Origin: Jimgerdemannia flammicorona
Taxonomy: Eukaryota
Assembly (NCBI GenBank): GCA_003990765.1
Contig: RBNJ01000029.1
Location: 1-49,928, forward strand
Reading direction: 5' to 3'
DNA: 49,928 nt
Positions 36,361 to 48,575 of the stretch are shown one piece after another. The notes under the pieces are model-generated. The model was not told where the DNA came from. It worked only from the letters and a program-made list of their open reading frames with translations, and ran no database searches. The position numbers and the translations under genes are program-made. Every line of letters begins with the position of its first letter. Within the stretch, counting starts at the first letter, position 1.

Positions 36361-37170
36361 TCAATACTCTTTTCTCTACTACTTTATCAGTTACAAGATT
36401 TGGTAGATAATCTTTTGAGTCTCTTTTCTATAATATATATCTCCTCTACCTTAGATTAATTTGCTATATCTATTGTAGAATAGTGAGAGAGAGGTAATGG
36501 TAATGAGTTACTCCTTTATCAGTATCAGATCTACTTTTTTATAGTTTCTGATATCTCTGACTATATCTGAGATATATATATATCTATTTTGATATAGTAT
36601 CTTCTTTTTTTTTTACTTGTATAAAGAGTTAGCTAACCTTAGATATTAAGTACTAATATAGATTATCTACAGATCCTCAGTACCTGTAGTAGAATTCTCT
36701 GAGCTTTGACAAGCTTTTTAATAAGTACAGTTCTAGTATAAATAACTGTTTTTTAGATAGAGTTGAGATAAGAGAAGAGATAACTATTACAAATAGGAGG
36801 AAGAGTGATAATAGTGAACTAGTAAAGTACTAGGCTGGGGGTAATCATCAGAGCTAAAGTGAGTACTATATTAGTGAAGTCTTCTAATTGATATAAAGTA
36901 GTTAGATAATAGATATTACTCTTAGCTACTCTTAGTAAACTACAGTATTACTTAAGAATTATTAAAAGGCTCAAGGCTATATATCTAGATTAGACATCTT
37001 GGCTATACTCAACTAGAACTGAGGACTAATATAGCAATATAATTAAAACTTATAAACTTGAGTAATGGAGTATTGGGAGTCTCCTCTCACCTTATACTAC
37101 TTATCTCATTAGAGAGAACTAGATCCTACCTACTATTCTGTACTTTAAGGGGGGTTTTTCTTTACCTATC
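36361..37170 (+). mobile_element. Heavily mutated second copy of the 22162-23269 sequence
   Basis: 36441-37170 aligns by eye with 22162-22960 with C>T/G>A changes. Confidence 0.8.
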
Positions 37171-37710
37171 ATTAGTACTCTCAATAAATTAAATTAAAAA
37201 TCCAATTCAATTTAATTCAAATTAAATAAAAGGTCTAATTTGATTTAAGATTCAATTTAAACTCTATTTTTTGAAATATAATAATTCAATAAAAATATAT
37301 CCAAATTTAATAATCTTTAGCTTATTAAATTTGAGGAATCTAACATGTTAAAGATTATTAAATTTAGACATACTTTTGTTAAGTTATTATATTTCAAAAA
37401 ATAGAGTTCAAATCAGACTCTTAATTTAATTTGAATTTAATTCAATTTTAATTGAAAAATCTCCAATTCAATTTAATTTAAATGACTCTCAATTTAATTT
37501 AATTTAAATTAATTCAATTTATTTGAGAGTACTAATCTTTAGCTTATTAGATTTTCCTATATAAGGTAAATCTAATAAGCTAAAAATTATTAAATTTAGA
37601 CATATTTTTATTAAGTTATTATATTTCTAAAAATAGGATTTGAATTAGACTCTTGATTCAATTCAAATTTAATTTGATTTAAATTAATTTAATTTATTTA
37701 GGAGTACTAA
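37171..37710. mobile_element. Foldback / MITE-like palindromic element (one full hairpin 37171-37536 plus a further right half)
   Basis: attagtactctcaa...ttgagagtactaat termini, inverted arms of about 150 bp, and a second right arm ending ggagtactaat at 37710. Confidence 0.7.
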
Positions 37711-37884
37711 TTAGGAATCAGATTCAGGTATTATAATTAAATATCTATCTCTTGATTATTATTTCTAATTTAGATCAACTATCATAACTTCCTTCTGAAT
37801 AAGTGATTTTACCCCTGAATTATCTTATTTAAACTCTTATACTTTAACTAATTATATATTCTTATACTATATAATCAGTTTGAT

Positions 37885-37911
37885 TTTTTTTTTTTTTTTT
37901 TTTTTATAGTC
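37885..37911 (-). mobile_element. Ultra-truncated LINE insertion (6-nt body plus tail)
   Basis: T-run plus atagtc (the family 3' end), flanked by tataatcagtttgat / tataatctgcttgat. Confidence 0.7.
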
Positions 37912-38314
37912 TATAATCTGCTTGATTATATTCTTTCAATGATATCTTTTTACTTACTAGAAATCTCCTAAGACTACTTCTCAGAAATAGGCCAGAGCTT
38001 ACTCATTATTCTTGAATAGTTTATAAATCTACTTGACTATAGTGATCTGAGTATAGGATATCTGATACTCTGTAATTTTTTTTTTTTTAATCATATTCTT
38101 CTTATTTAATAATTTCTCTAACTTGAAATACTCTTAAAACTCAGTATAATGTTAGTAGACTCTAAAGTGTGAAATTTATAATAAGTGAGTCTATATATAT
38201 AATACTTTAAATACTATCAAAGAATCTCTCTATAGCTAATAGGAATACTATTGTTTTTCTATAACTTGCTGAGCAGTACTTATAATCTTGAGAGTTAGAG
38301 CAGTACTTCATTAA

Positions 38315-38520
38315 TTAGTCATAGTACTTCTTAAGTCAGTTTCAGTAGATAGTAATAGAGATGATTATATCTGATAATTTTTATAGTCAAAAGATAGTTT
38401 TTTTTTATATTTTACATAATATAAGATTCTTTCTGCTTGGGCTTTAGTTTTTATAACTATGAAGTCTTTATTATATTCTAATATATTAAGACTTTGTCTC
38501 CTATCTTGATAATCTCAAGA
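38315..38520 (-). pseudogene. Ty3/gypsy integrase C-terminal (GPY/F) remnant
   Basis: Reverse strand reads KIGDKVL..KLKPKQKESY..Y*N*LKKY, a decayed KLxPKWKGPY..HGNRLKKY. Confidence 0.55.
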
Positions 38521-38610
38521 GACTTATACATAGATCTTCTCTACATTATTCTATTATAATATTTATATCTTAATTATATAATCTTCAGTCTTCTTTCTTA
38601 TTTGGTACAA

Positions 38611-39730
38611 TTTTTTTTTTTTTTTTTTTTTTTATTATAAGTACTAGACTCTTTTATTAACTAATCTATAACAAGTATATAGTTCTCATATTACACTGAT
38701 AGCTCTAGCCCAATACTACTCTACTTTACTCTAATATACTCTCTCCTCTCCACTCTCTCTCTCTCTTAAAAATAATCAGATTATTAATCATCTTAACTTA
38801 TCTACTATTTTTCTTATATATTCCTTTTATCAGATATCTATAGTAGTTCTCTTGAACATTCTACTCCCTTCATCAGCCCAATAGAATATCTATCATTAAC
38901 TTTTCTCACCTCACTATCCTTTCTCTCAAAACTATCTGCCTCTTATCCTTAAATATATATTATTAGTATCTAGCTAATATAACTCATATTATCAATATCT
39001 ATTTAACTGTAAGCCACTTATTATTAATACAACCTACCAACTACTCTCTCAAATCATTCTATCTCTCTTTCTCTCCATTATTCTACTGTCTTACCCTCAG
39101 ACAACTTCTCACTATTCATCAGAAGTTATTAAGTATCTTGTACTCATCTAATCAATATTTTGATATCTATATAATCTCACTCTCTTATCAGACATTATAA
39201 TACTCTTTATACTCAAGAGTCTCTCCTTCTATCAAATATCTCAACCTAAAGTTCAGTATGATATTTCTTCTTAAGATATATTACTATACCATCTAGAACT
39301 TTAGAGAAAGCCACTACAATACCTTAATACTCTAGGACCAGACTTTAGCTCAGTTCCACATCTTACTAATACCTACTAACTGCTAGTCTACTGGCTATAA
39401 ATCCTATCTCACCCTCTGCTAATACTCAATATTAATACTAATATTGAAGTTCATTACTAATACTCCACTCAATAAAAACCTATCTCATCTCTATATTAGA
39501 GATCTTTAATATATCTCTCTCTTATTACTCTACTAATATAAATCAATATAGTAAGCCTTCTCTATCACCCTTTATCAGAATCTTTTATATTGTAAGTATC
39601 TATTATCTCTCAGTCTAATTATTGATAATAAATTATCAAAAAATTCTTTAGAAGAGAACTTTGTCTCTCAGACCTTCTATATCAAATATATCTACTCTCT
39701 ACTCTATAACTTGATAACTCTTTTTAACCA
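38611..39730 (-). mobile_element. Decayed LINE 3' end with poly(A) tail
   Basis: T-run 38611-38633; colinear with 40124-41210. Confidence 0.78.
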
Positions 39731-39734
39731 CCAA

Positions 39735-39870
39735 TTAGAGTTCAAATAGAAAGAACTTTATCTTATACATATATAATATTAGAGGAACTAGTATATATTT
39801 AAGAAATATGAATAAATATATCATGAGAACTCTAGTTTATATTAATTATTTCAAGATATATCTACTATCT
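39735..39870 (+). pseudogene. Ty3/gypsy integrase C-terminal remnant
   Basis: LEFK*KELYLIH...VYINYFKIY, a decayed LEPKWKGPYLIH..VHINRLKIY. Confidence 0.5.
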
Positions 39871-40190
39871 ACATAATAAATCAGAGAATTGACTAATATC
39901 TTTAGACCCTTATTCTCAGTTTCTTTCAAGCTCTATCAGTTCCTTTGTCTCAGTTCTGAGAAATCAATAGAACCTGCCTTCAATAGATTTAAATATACTA
40001 AGGAAATCTTATCTTAGCAGAATACCTACTATAAATTCACTAACTACAGACTTACTATATAATTAATCAACTATTGTAAAAACTTTCAGATCTAGAATAT
40101 ATCTATTTTTTTTTTTTTTTTTTATAGTCACTTGGACTGCCCTTTATTACTGAAGTCTATAGTACTAATAATACAATATCGCTCTCCCCT

Positions 40191-43100
40191 TCAACCAATG
40201 CCCTGTGGGCCCAGGCCACCCCCTTCGATCTCCCCCTGCCTGAGCACCACCTGACTACCCACAACCCAAATCCTTCCACCACTCTTCTGAGAGATGCGCT
40301 CCACCAGCCCCCTGCAGCACCCTCTACCCAGCCCCCAACCCTGCCACCATCCATTCAAAATGTCCAAAAGCAACCATTCCCAATGTGCCAACTTGTCCCC
40401 AACCCCAACCCAATGCCCTTCCTCAAAGACATGAACCCAATGTCCAGCCAACCCGACCCATATAGCCAAGGCCCACCCAAGGGTCAGCCACTCATCCCCA
40501 ACTCCCCCCACCAGCCACCGGCGGAGCTCTCCCCATCTCCCCCCTCCCTCTCCTTCCAGAGCACTCTGCCCCACCCAGCTCCTAATATCCCTCCAATAAT
40601 CTTCCAAAACCTCACACTCACCAAGCCAATGTTCAGGCATTTGTAACATGCCTCTCTCCTGACCAACATTGAAACACTCCTCACACTCAAATCCTCCACC
40701 ATCCACCAAGTACCCAGATCTATAGTTCAACATCACATTCCTCTGCAGGACACACCACCATACCACCCAGAACTTTGGGGGCAGCCACTGCCTCACCCTT
40801 TTGCTCCAGAGCCAGAGGCCATTCCAGTCCCACTCCTCACCAATTCCGACTCTCTGCCAGGCTTCAGGCCACAGGTCTCCACCTAGGCCTCGCAGACACT
40901 CCAGACCCTCACCAAGCTTAAAGTCCTCCACCAGGACACCACCCAGTAACAACCTGTCCCACCACCACATCTGTGGTCCCCAATCCTCCTCGGCTTCATC
41001 ACCTCACCACCAAAGTCCAATCTTCTTCGCGCTATCCACCACCCCCCACCAGAAGCCCATAAACTGCATCCTCCCGCTCCCCTCTATGGCCACCATCGCA
41101 AGCAGATCACCCGAGTCACCACATGGGGAGTACCGAACCTCCCACAATTGCTGCATGAGTGGCACCCACTCCTGACCATGAAGCTCGCTTGCTCTTCTCA
41201 ACCACCAAGCTCTAAGGCATAGGAGCCACTTAGGAAAGTCCACTAAGCCTAGCCCACCTCTTTCCAGGGGTAGTGTGAGCACCTCCCAACTGACCTAGCT
41301 CTGCCTCCCTCCCCAGATCCATGACCTCGCCATCTTCAACAGCCCCTTGACCACCCAGGTTGGGAAATCCAAATGATAACCAATGTACTACAGCTTTGGC
41401 ATCCAATACACATTCAGCACCATTACCCTTCTAGCTAGGGACATATGCCAGCCTCCCCAGCGCAGCAGAATATTTCCCCACTCTAACAATTTATGATCTC
41501 ACCACACCTGGGGAAGAAGAGACCCGAATACCGAGAAGTAGATCCCCAAATATCACACTGGTTCTCCAGCTGGTACCACTGTCCCAATGACCTCGCCACT
41601 AACAATTCCAGTACCTAGCACTAGAGTCTCATACTTGTGCCAGTTCAGCTTCACCCCAGAGCCCTTCTCATACTATTCCACAGACCTCTGTAACTCCCCC
41701 ACATCCACCAGGGAGCCCAGCCCGACCACCATGTCATCAGCAAAGGCCCCCACCTTCCAATTAACCCCTAGAATGTCCAAACCCCCAATTCGACGCCGAA
41801 TTCAGTCCAGTAGAGACTCCAGAGAAAGGGCATACAATATGAGCAACAAGGGATCCCCTTGGGGCACCCCTCATCTAAGGGGAAAGGTCACCCCCCTGTG
41901 GCCATTAACAACCAGCACCACCTGACTGTCCTCCAAGAGGCTGATCAGCAATCCTCAGAACCCTGGGGGAATACCAATCCGTTTCAGCACCCCCTCCAGC
42001 CATATCCTCCACACTCTGTCATAAGCCTTCTCCTGGTCCAGAAACACCAACCTGCCATCAACTCCTGCTGCCCGGGCACCTTCAATCACTCCATGAACCC
42101 AAGCTGTCACATCTTGAATCAACTGACCACCAACAAACCCATGCTGCTCCACCCCAAGCACCTGCTAAGCAATTTCTTGCAGCCTCATCACCAAGATCTT
42201 GGTCACCAGTTTGCAGTCCATGTCGAGAAGCATAATAGGCCACCAGTTCTTCCAGTCCTCATGCCTCCCCTTATCCTTGTAGAGCAAGGAGACTAGCCCT
42301 AAGTGCTGTCTCCCAATCCAGGCACCAGACCGAAGAACTTCACCATACATAGCAGTCATCTCCTCGAGCACCTCCCCAACTCCAGCCATTTTCTGCCAAA
42401 AATCCCAGGGAAGCCCATCCTCTCCTAGAGCAGTCCCTTTACTCGTCGAGGCCATAACTCTGCAAATTTTCTCGCCATACACTGGGTCCCCTAATGCCCC
42501 AAGTCCCATCGCAGGGTTTGGGTGCCAATCCCCTAGCTACCTCTCAACATCTATAGTGTTCATCCCTCCTTCTTCCTCACTCCACAAATTCTCCCACTGG
42601 TTCCGCAATAGGCCCAGAATCACTGGAGACCCCACTACCCACTCGCTGTTCATGTCCAGAACCCCCTCCCAATGCTGTCTCGTTTGTCGTGCTTGTAACA
42701 ATCTTGATAAAAACCTAGTAAGTCTCTCTCCTTCCTCCAGCCCCTACCACCACAAGCAGGCCACCATCCCCTGCAGCTTCACCTCATCCTCCTTTCATAA
42801 CACTCCTTTAAGCTCTTCAACCTCCTGTTGGATTCGTACAATACACCAATCAGTCACCTCCCCATCCTCCAGCACACCTGCCCATCTCCCCATAAGTGCT
42901 GCCAGATGCCAGGAGGCCCATAGCACCCTCTGCCTTCACTGAGTATACTTCCCTTTACCTGCCTCCCTCCAATACCTCTGGGCAGTTGCCTTTAGTCTTC
43001 TTCAATGATCTCCAATTCCCAAGCCCTGTTCCCACCACCAACTAATATTCCCAACCACCTCCATCTCCCAACCCTCCCACAATACCTTATCTTCTAATAA

Positions 43101-43853
43101 AGAGAAATTTAGCCGCTAATGTCCAGGCCCATCCTCATTTCCCCCAAACCTCCCCCCTCCAAGCAGCCCCCAGTAATCAGACCACGGACACTATATCACT
43201 TCCAGCACTGACCAGATATCGGCTTCCCAATACTCTGCCATCAGAACCCAGTCAATCCTGGAGCCCAGCCCTGCCACCCAGTGGATGTACACCTACTGAT
43301 CGGCCCAAAGGTGTCTTCCTGAGTCCACTAAAGAACACAATCTCTCTATTTCCAGCCAGTCCCCCAGCCCACCACTTTCGCCCCACACACCACTCCCACC
43401 ATTAGTTCTATCCATCTCCTTATCTCATACCATGTTGAAGTCACCTCCCATATAATCCAAGCCAACTTCTCCCAATACACCAGCCTCTTTCAATTGGTGA
43501 ATCCAATCCACCCTCTCCCCTCTTTCCACTGGGCAATAACAAGACCCAACCATCAACGGGTCCCGTCCAGGCCTCTTCCACAAACCCCACACCACCTGAG
43601 ACCCCCAATGTCCAATGTCCACAATGTCCCCCATCTCCTTCCAAATGAGAATACACACTTTTCCCCTCCATACTGCCACGCCCCCCCATTCCTTAGTCCA
43701 ATCCTGTAAGTCCACATCTTCCTCATATTGAACATCCTGTAGCAAGAAGAGATCCGCATCCAGTCCCTTAAGCCACCCAAATATGTACTTCCTCCTAGCT
43801 GCCCCCCATAACCCATTAATGTTCAATGAGAATATTCTAGTTGTACTATTCAT
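40191..43853 (-). pseudogene. LINE ORF2 (APE endonuclease - RT - CCHC) with premature stops
   Basis: SLNING, LLQDV, GGDFN, RIDWV, WSDH, LDQEKAYD, PQGDP, AFADDM, CEEC..EHWLGEC. Confidence 0.93.
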
Positions 43854-43884
43854 ATTGAAGAAATGTTGAATTGACTACCCCAAC

Positions 43885-45579
43885 CTAGTACTCCATGCTC
43901 ATCTCATCTCCAGCCAGATCCAAGCGCCGTTCCGCCTCCAAGTCACCCTCCACATTAGCCTGAGCATCCAGTGCCTCCAAGATTTCCTGGTATTCCACCC
44001 CATCCACAACCTCCATATCTGACTGGTAGTCTAGGCAGACTGCGTGCCACTTCTCCAGTCCCTTCCTCGAATTCCACAAGAAAAGTGCCCTGTCGCTCGC
44101 AATCTTCTGGAGCTCCTCCTCCTGCTGATCATCCACTTGATACTTAACAGATTCCAAGAGAATGGCCAGGATCTCATTCCTCATCTTCCTTGGCACCTCC
44201 TCCCCTCGCAGAATCTCCTCCCAATGCCTCTTCTCCATCACTCGGAAGTCCTCACCTCCCAGCTCTTCTGCCACTACCTCTTCTAAGGTCTTCCACATCC
44301 ACTTTTCCTCATCCACTGCCTCTACCGCACCCTGAGCAATATGACCCCCATCCACCTCTGGGTCCATCAGCGCGCTCCTCCTCACTGACTCATCCCACTC
44401 CTCATCTGGCACATCCATCAGCTCCTCCTCTCCCTCAGCCCCACCCGGGACACTATACTGAGGGTGCACGCCCTCACCCATTTCAGTATCTACTGCCAAC
44501 ACACCTTCCTCCTCTACCCTCCCTCCAATCTGAGCCCCACTCTGGGCCATTTCACCCCCCTCAGCCCAAGCGCTCTCCTGCAACCCTGCAACTCCTTCTT
44601 CTGAGCTTCTACTGGCCCTACCCTCACCTAGCCTTGCCAGCAGCTCCTTCTGTATTTTCCTCCCCTGCATCTTCTCCCAAACCCCTTTCTCCATCTGGAC
44701 CTTCTTCCCATCCACCTCCCCTACCACCGTCCTGGCCTCAAACTCCTTCCAGGCCAATCTCCTCCTTGCAACCGCCCCTTCCAGATCCTTCAGCGCCTCC
44801 AACAGGTCCTCCTCCTCCTCCTGAGTCCCCTTCACCCTCACGACCTTACACTCCACTGGTCCCCACCTCAGTGTCGCCGGCCAGTCCCTCGACCTTCCCG
44901 TATTCTCCTTCCCAAACAGCCTCACCCTGACATCAATGTCACCAGTCCTAAGCACAGTGCCCTCCCAGACCTTGAACCCAACATCCACGATCTCGCCATA
45001 CTCCTTGATCGCCTCTACAACCATCTTCCTGGTCCTCTCCTTCGACACAGTTGGGAGATCCAACACCATCAACTGTATCACCCAGGGGTCCCAGCATATG
45101 CACCAGGTCATAGGAACCACAACCCCACCAACTATCACCCCCTTTTCCATGGCTGCCAACATGGCATCTTCCTCCTCAAACCCCACCTCAACCCCCTCCT
45201 TTCCCCTCAAAAACTTCACTGAGGCCACTCCCTTAGCCTCTTGCGCCACCAATCCCAAAATCATCCTCGCCATTACTGCCAAGCCCTGGAAGCACATAGT
45301 GACTGCGAATTCTGACCTCGACTTCTTGAGTAATGGGGCCAACACCATACCTGTCATGCTATCTGCCAAGTCCCCAGGCCTCGTGCCCCCTCCCAGTCCC
45401 GAATCGCTAACTGCTATTATATCTGAATTTTTTGTCAGATCCCCAGTCACAGCCCCATCAGCAGTCACAGCCCCATCTCCAGCCCCTACTCTGGCTCCTA
45501 CCCTACCACCAGAGGCTCCCCTGGGCACACCTCCTTGTCCTCCAGCAGCAGCGTCGAAGCCTTCCCCAGGCCCAGCCAA
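43885..45579 (-). CDS. LINE ORF1 protein (564 aa open; the true N-terminus is probably upstream across a frameshift)
   Basis: Long ORF directly upstream of ORF2; homologous to 10942-12970. Confidence 0.8.
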   Translation of the reverse strand: MAGPGEGFDAAAGGQGGVPRGASGGRVGARVGAGDGAVTADGAVTGDLTKNSDIIAVSDSGLGGGTRPGDLADSMTGMVLAPLLKKSRSEFAVTMCFQGLAVMARMILGLVAQEAKGVASVKFLRGKEGVEVGFEEEDAMLAAMEKGVIVGGVVVPMTWCICWDPWVIQLMVLDLPTVSKERTRKMVVEAIKEYGEIVDVGFKVWEGTVLRTGDIDVRVRLFGKENTGRSRDWPATLRWGPVECKVVRVKGTQEEEEDLLEALKDLEGAVARRRLAWKEFEARTVVGEVDGKKVQMEKGVWEKMQGRKIQKELLARLGEGRASRSSEEGVAGLQESAWAEGGEMAQSGAQIGGRVEEEGVLAVDTEMGEGVHPQYSVPGGAEGEEELMDVPDEEWDESVRRSALMDPEVDGGHIAQGAVEAVDEEKWMWKTLEEVVAEELGGEDFRVMEKRHWEEILRGEEVPRKMRNEILAILLESVKYQVDDQQEEELQKIASDRALFLWNSRKGLEKWHAVCLDYQSDMEVVDGVEYQEILEALDAQANVEGDLEAERRLDLAGDEMSMEY

Positions 45580-48206
45580 CTATCTAGCTCAGAAGCCATC
45601 TTCCCCATTCTGACTGTATCAGCAAAGGTTGACCTCTCCCCTCCTCTCTGCCTCAGACTGCCCCTCCCTCCACTGCCGGTACCTCTGCTCACTCTCGAGG
45701 CCTCTGGCATCCCCAAACCATTACCCCTCCTCCCCACCTGCTGCCAGCCAAAGGCACTGTCACCTCCCTGGCCAGTACGCTCACCAGTTCGATCGGTGCT
45801 GTCTATGTTGCTAGTCGTCTGATACCAAAAACATTGTAAAAAGTATTATCTGAGTCTTGTGTCACCCGAATGGTACTGGTGAAAGATGTCTAGAATATAT
45901 CTATATCTATAATACTACTAATCTGTTCTGAAGAAATACTATTGCTTTAAACAGACTCTATACAATCTATAAATAAAATATTACAGTACTAACCTAGGCC
46001 TAGTTCAATCTAAATAACTTTTAGAGAATGATTATGTCCACCTATCTAAGTATTATTATGTAATTATATTAAAGTCATATTTTCCCTGAAGAAGAAGAGT
46101 TACTGAAATAGAGTAATTCAGATATAGAAGAAAATAATAATATAGATATAGTTACTGAAGATATATATTTAAAATATCACAATAATAACTAAAGAATAGT
46201 CTAGAGATAGACTATTCTTTAGTAAGAGCTGATGTAATATACAAATAACATAATATGGCTAGATAATATAAATACTTAGTATAGTATAGTTATCTATATC
46301 TAGTTACTTATATATACTACTACTTATAATTAGCCAAAGATATTAAATTAGATTTATTAATTTATATCCTAAGAATATATTTATACTCATTAAACATATC
46401 TATATCTATTAAATATATATATCTATATCTATTAGATATATTTATATATACTTAGTAAATATACTTACTTACTCTCTCTTTTAAATAGTATTACTATATT
46501 CTATAGTTAGTCTTATAATAACTAAATAATAACTATAACTATATAAAATAACCTAGAGATTTAAATGAATAAATCTCTATCTCTAAAGTTTAAAAGCAAA
46601 AACTAATTATCTAGTATACTTAAGAGAAATATCTGTTAAAAATTACTTAATTATAATACTTAAGAGATATACCTATCAATAAGTCTCTGTTAAAAATTTA
46701 TAAGTATTATTTTATTTCCACTCTAGTCTACTTTCTGATATAAAGAAGTCTACTATATTTTTGATATACTTGTCAGATAAAGTCTGAAGTCTGCTAATTC
46801 CGAAAAAAATCTACATTATCTAAGTTATATATCTGTCTAATAAAAAAGTCTGTCAAATTATTTATATAATATTAAGACTAAGATCATCATATAGAAATTA
46901 TATATATATATGTATAAGAAAACTGCTCTTATTATACAACTTATTTAAAGAAAAAGAACTACCAAATTATTAAAAAAAATCTATCAATTTAGAAAAATCT
47001 ACTTGCTCAAGAAAAGTCTATTAAAATTATTATAAAAATCTACTGAAATTATTCATATTATGCAAAATAGAGAAACTATTAAACATTTTATTACTTTTGA
47101 CAAAGTAACTAGAGCTCAAGCCAAACTATATAACAGCTTCAACCTTATAATTTATCTCTATTAAACTGGTATATTTATAATATAAATAAATTTAAATATA
47201 TATATTTATAATTAAAAAAAGTTATTAGAGAGTATTAGTTCTAAGAATTAAATAATATATAAGTTATTTTAAAACTAATATAAAAGAAATATATATATAT
47301 ATTTAGTTAACTATTAAGAGATAAATAATAAAGTATAAAAAAATAATAATATATATAATAATAATAAAGTCTCTAATTAATTAGTTTTAAATTAATATAT
47401 ATTATAGTAAAATTAGTATAATTAAAAATTTACTTTAATAATTATATTTCTCTCTTTTATATATTTTTTCTCTTTATATATTTCTTTCTTTTTATATAAA
47501 TATACTTACTTCTATCTTATATATATATATAAGTTAAAGGTCTTATCATAGATACTCTTATTATAATATAAAAAACTAGATAATAAAATAATAATAATAA
47601 AAAGAGAGAGAGAGAGAATATACAGAGATATTCTGACATAAATATTAGTTTTTGATATTAATAAATAATTAAATATAAATAAACAGAATACTTATAATAT
47701 TAACAGAGAACTAAGATCTATTTCTGACTAAATAACTTATAGTTTATTAAAAATATATACTATATAATACTCAGCTATTGAGCTGATAATATATATTTTA
47801 TATAATAATAGATATTTTTATAATAGATAGATAGATTAAAAATTATCCAAATATCTAAACTACTATTATTATTATTAACATATAGCTCATTATAAAATAA
47901 TTTGATATTCTAGTCTTGAACTTCTGAAAAACTATATCATTTAACATAAAGCTTCTTCTAGAATTTAGATATATATAAAGAGTTTTTTGTAAAAACCACT
48001 TCATCTGTTACATAGTATGCTCACATAATTATTGGTTATTATAAATATCAGGAAATAGCAATATCTATAAGATTAAAGTTGGTTAGTTTTAATTTGTTTT
48101 ACAGCTATAATTATTTGCTTTAATTGTGAGCCACTATATATAAAAATAACAAAACCACACACTACATAAGCCCAATCCCAATCCCATCACACCTTCACAT
48201 ATCCTT

Positions 48207-48470
48207 TCTATGACAACCAGGGCAAGTTCGACAAAGCGGAGCCACTGTACGAGCGAGCGCTGGCGATCATGGAGAAGACATTGGTTTCTCTACAAATATC
48301 AGGACAAGTACAACAAGGCAGAGTCGCTGTGTTGGCAAGTACTAAGATGGTGAGATCAGAGCATTCAAACATGGCATTAACTCTGAACACACTCTACAAC
48401 AAACCAGGACAAGTACGACAAGGTGGGGTCGCTGTACGAAAGGGCGCTGGCGATTTTGAGAAGTTGTTGG
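48207..48470 (+). pseudogene. TPR-repeat (kinesin-light-chain / NLR-type) gene relic with about three repeats
   Basis: YDNQGKFDKAEPLYERALAIMEKTL; LYKYQDKYNKAESL; SEHSNMALTLN..QDKYDKVGSLYERALAI; frameshifted. Confidence 0.8.
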
Positions 48471-48575
48471 AACGCAGAACGACGACTGCAAATTCGAATT
48501 CCAGGAGCGCCCAATTCAGGATGGCGCCCAAAATTTTTGAATCCCACAACCGCGCGCGAGGGGGGTCAAAACTAG
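48471..48575 (+). mobile_element. Possible non-autonomous Helitron 3' end
   Basis: GC-rich imperfect hairpin ccgcgcgcgagggggg, then tcaaaa-CTAG|T. Confidence 0.4.

Larger units (their letters stand above)
40106..45888 (-). mobile_element. Full-length L1-clade LINE copy 3, the best preserved
   Basis: T-run at 40106, perfect 15-bp TSD tctagaatatatcta (40091-40105 / 45889-45903), ORF1 and ORF2 present. Confidence 0.96.

Noticed and set aside
44190-45613. Pro/Ser-rich plus-strand ORFs (246 aa and 225 aa)
   Set aside because: Antisense shadows of the purine-rich LINE ORF1. The same applies to most short ORFs opposite LINE sequences.
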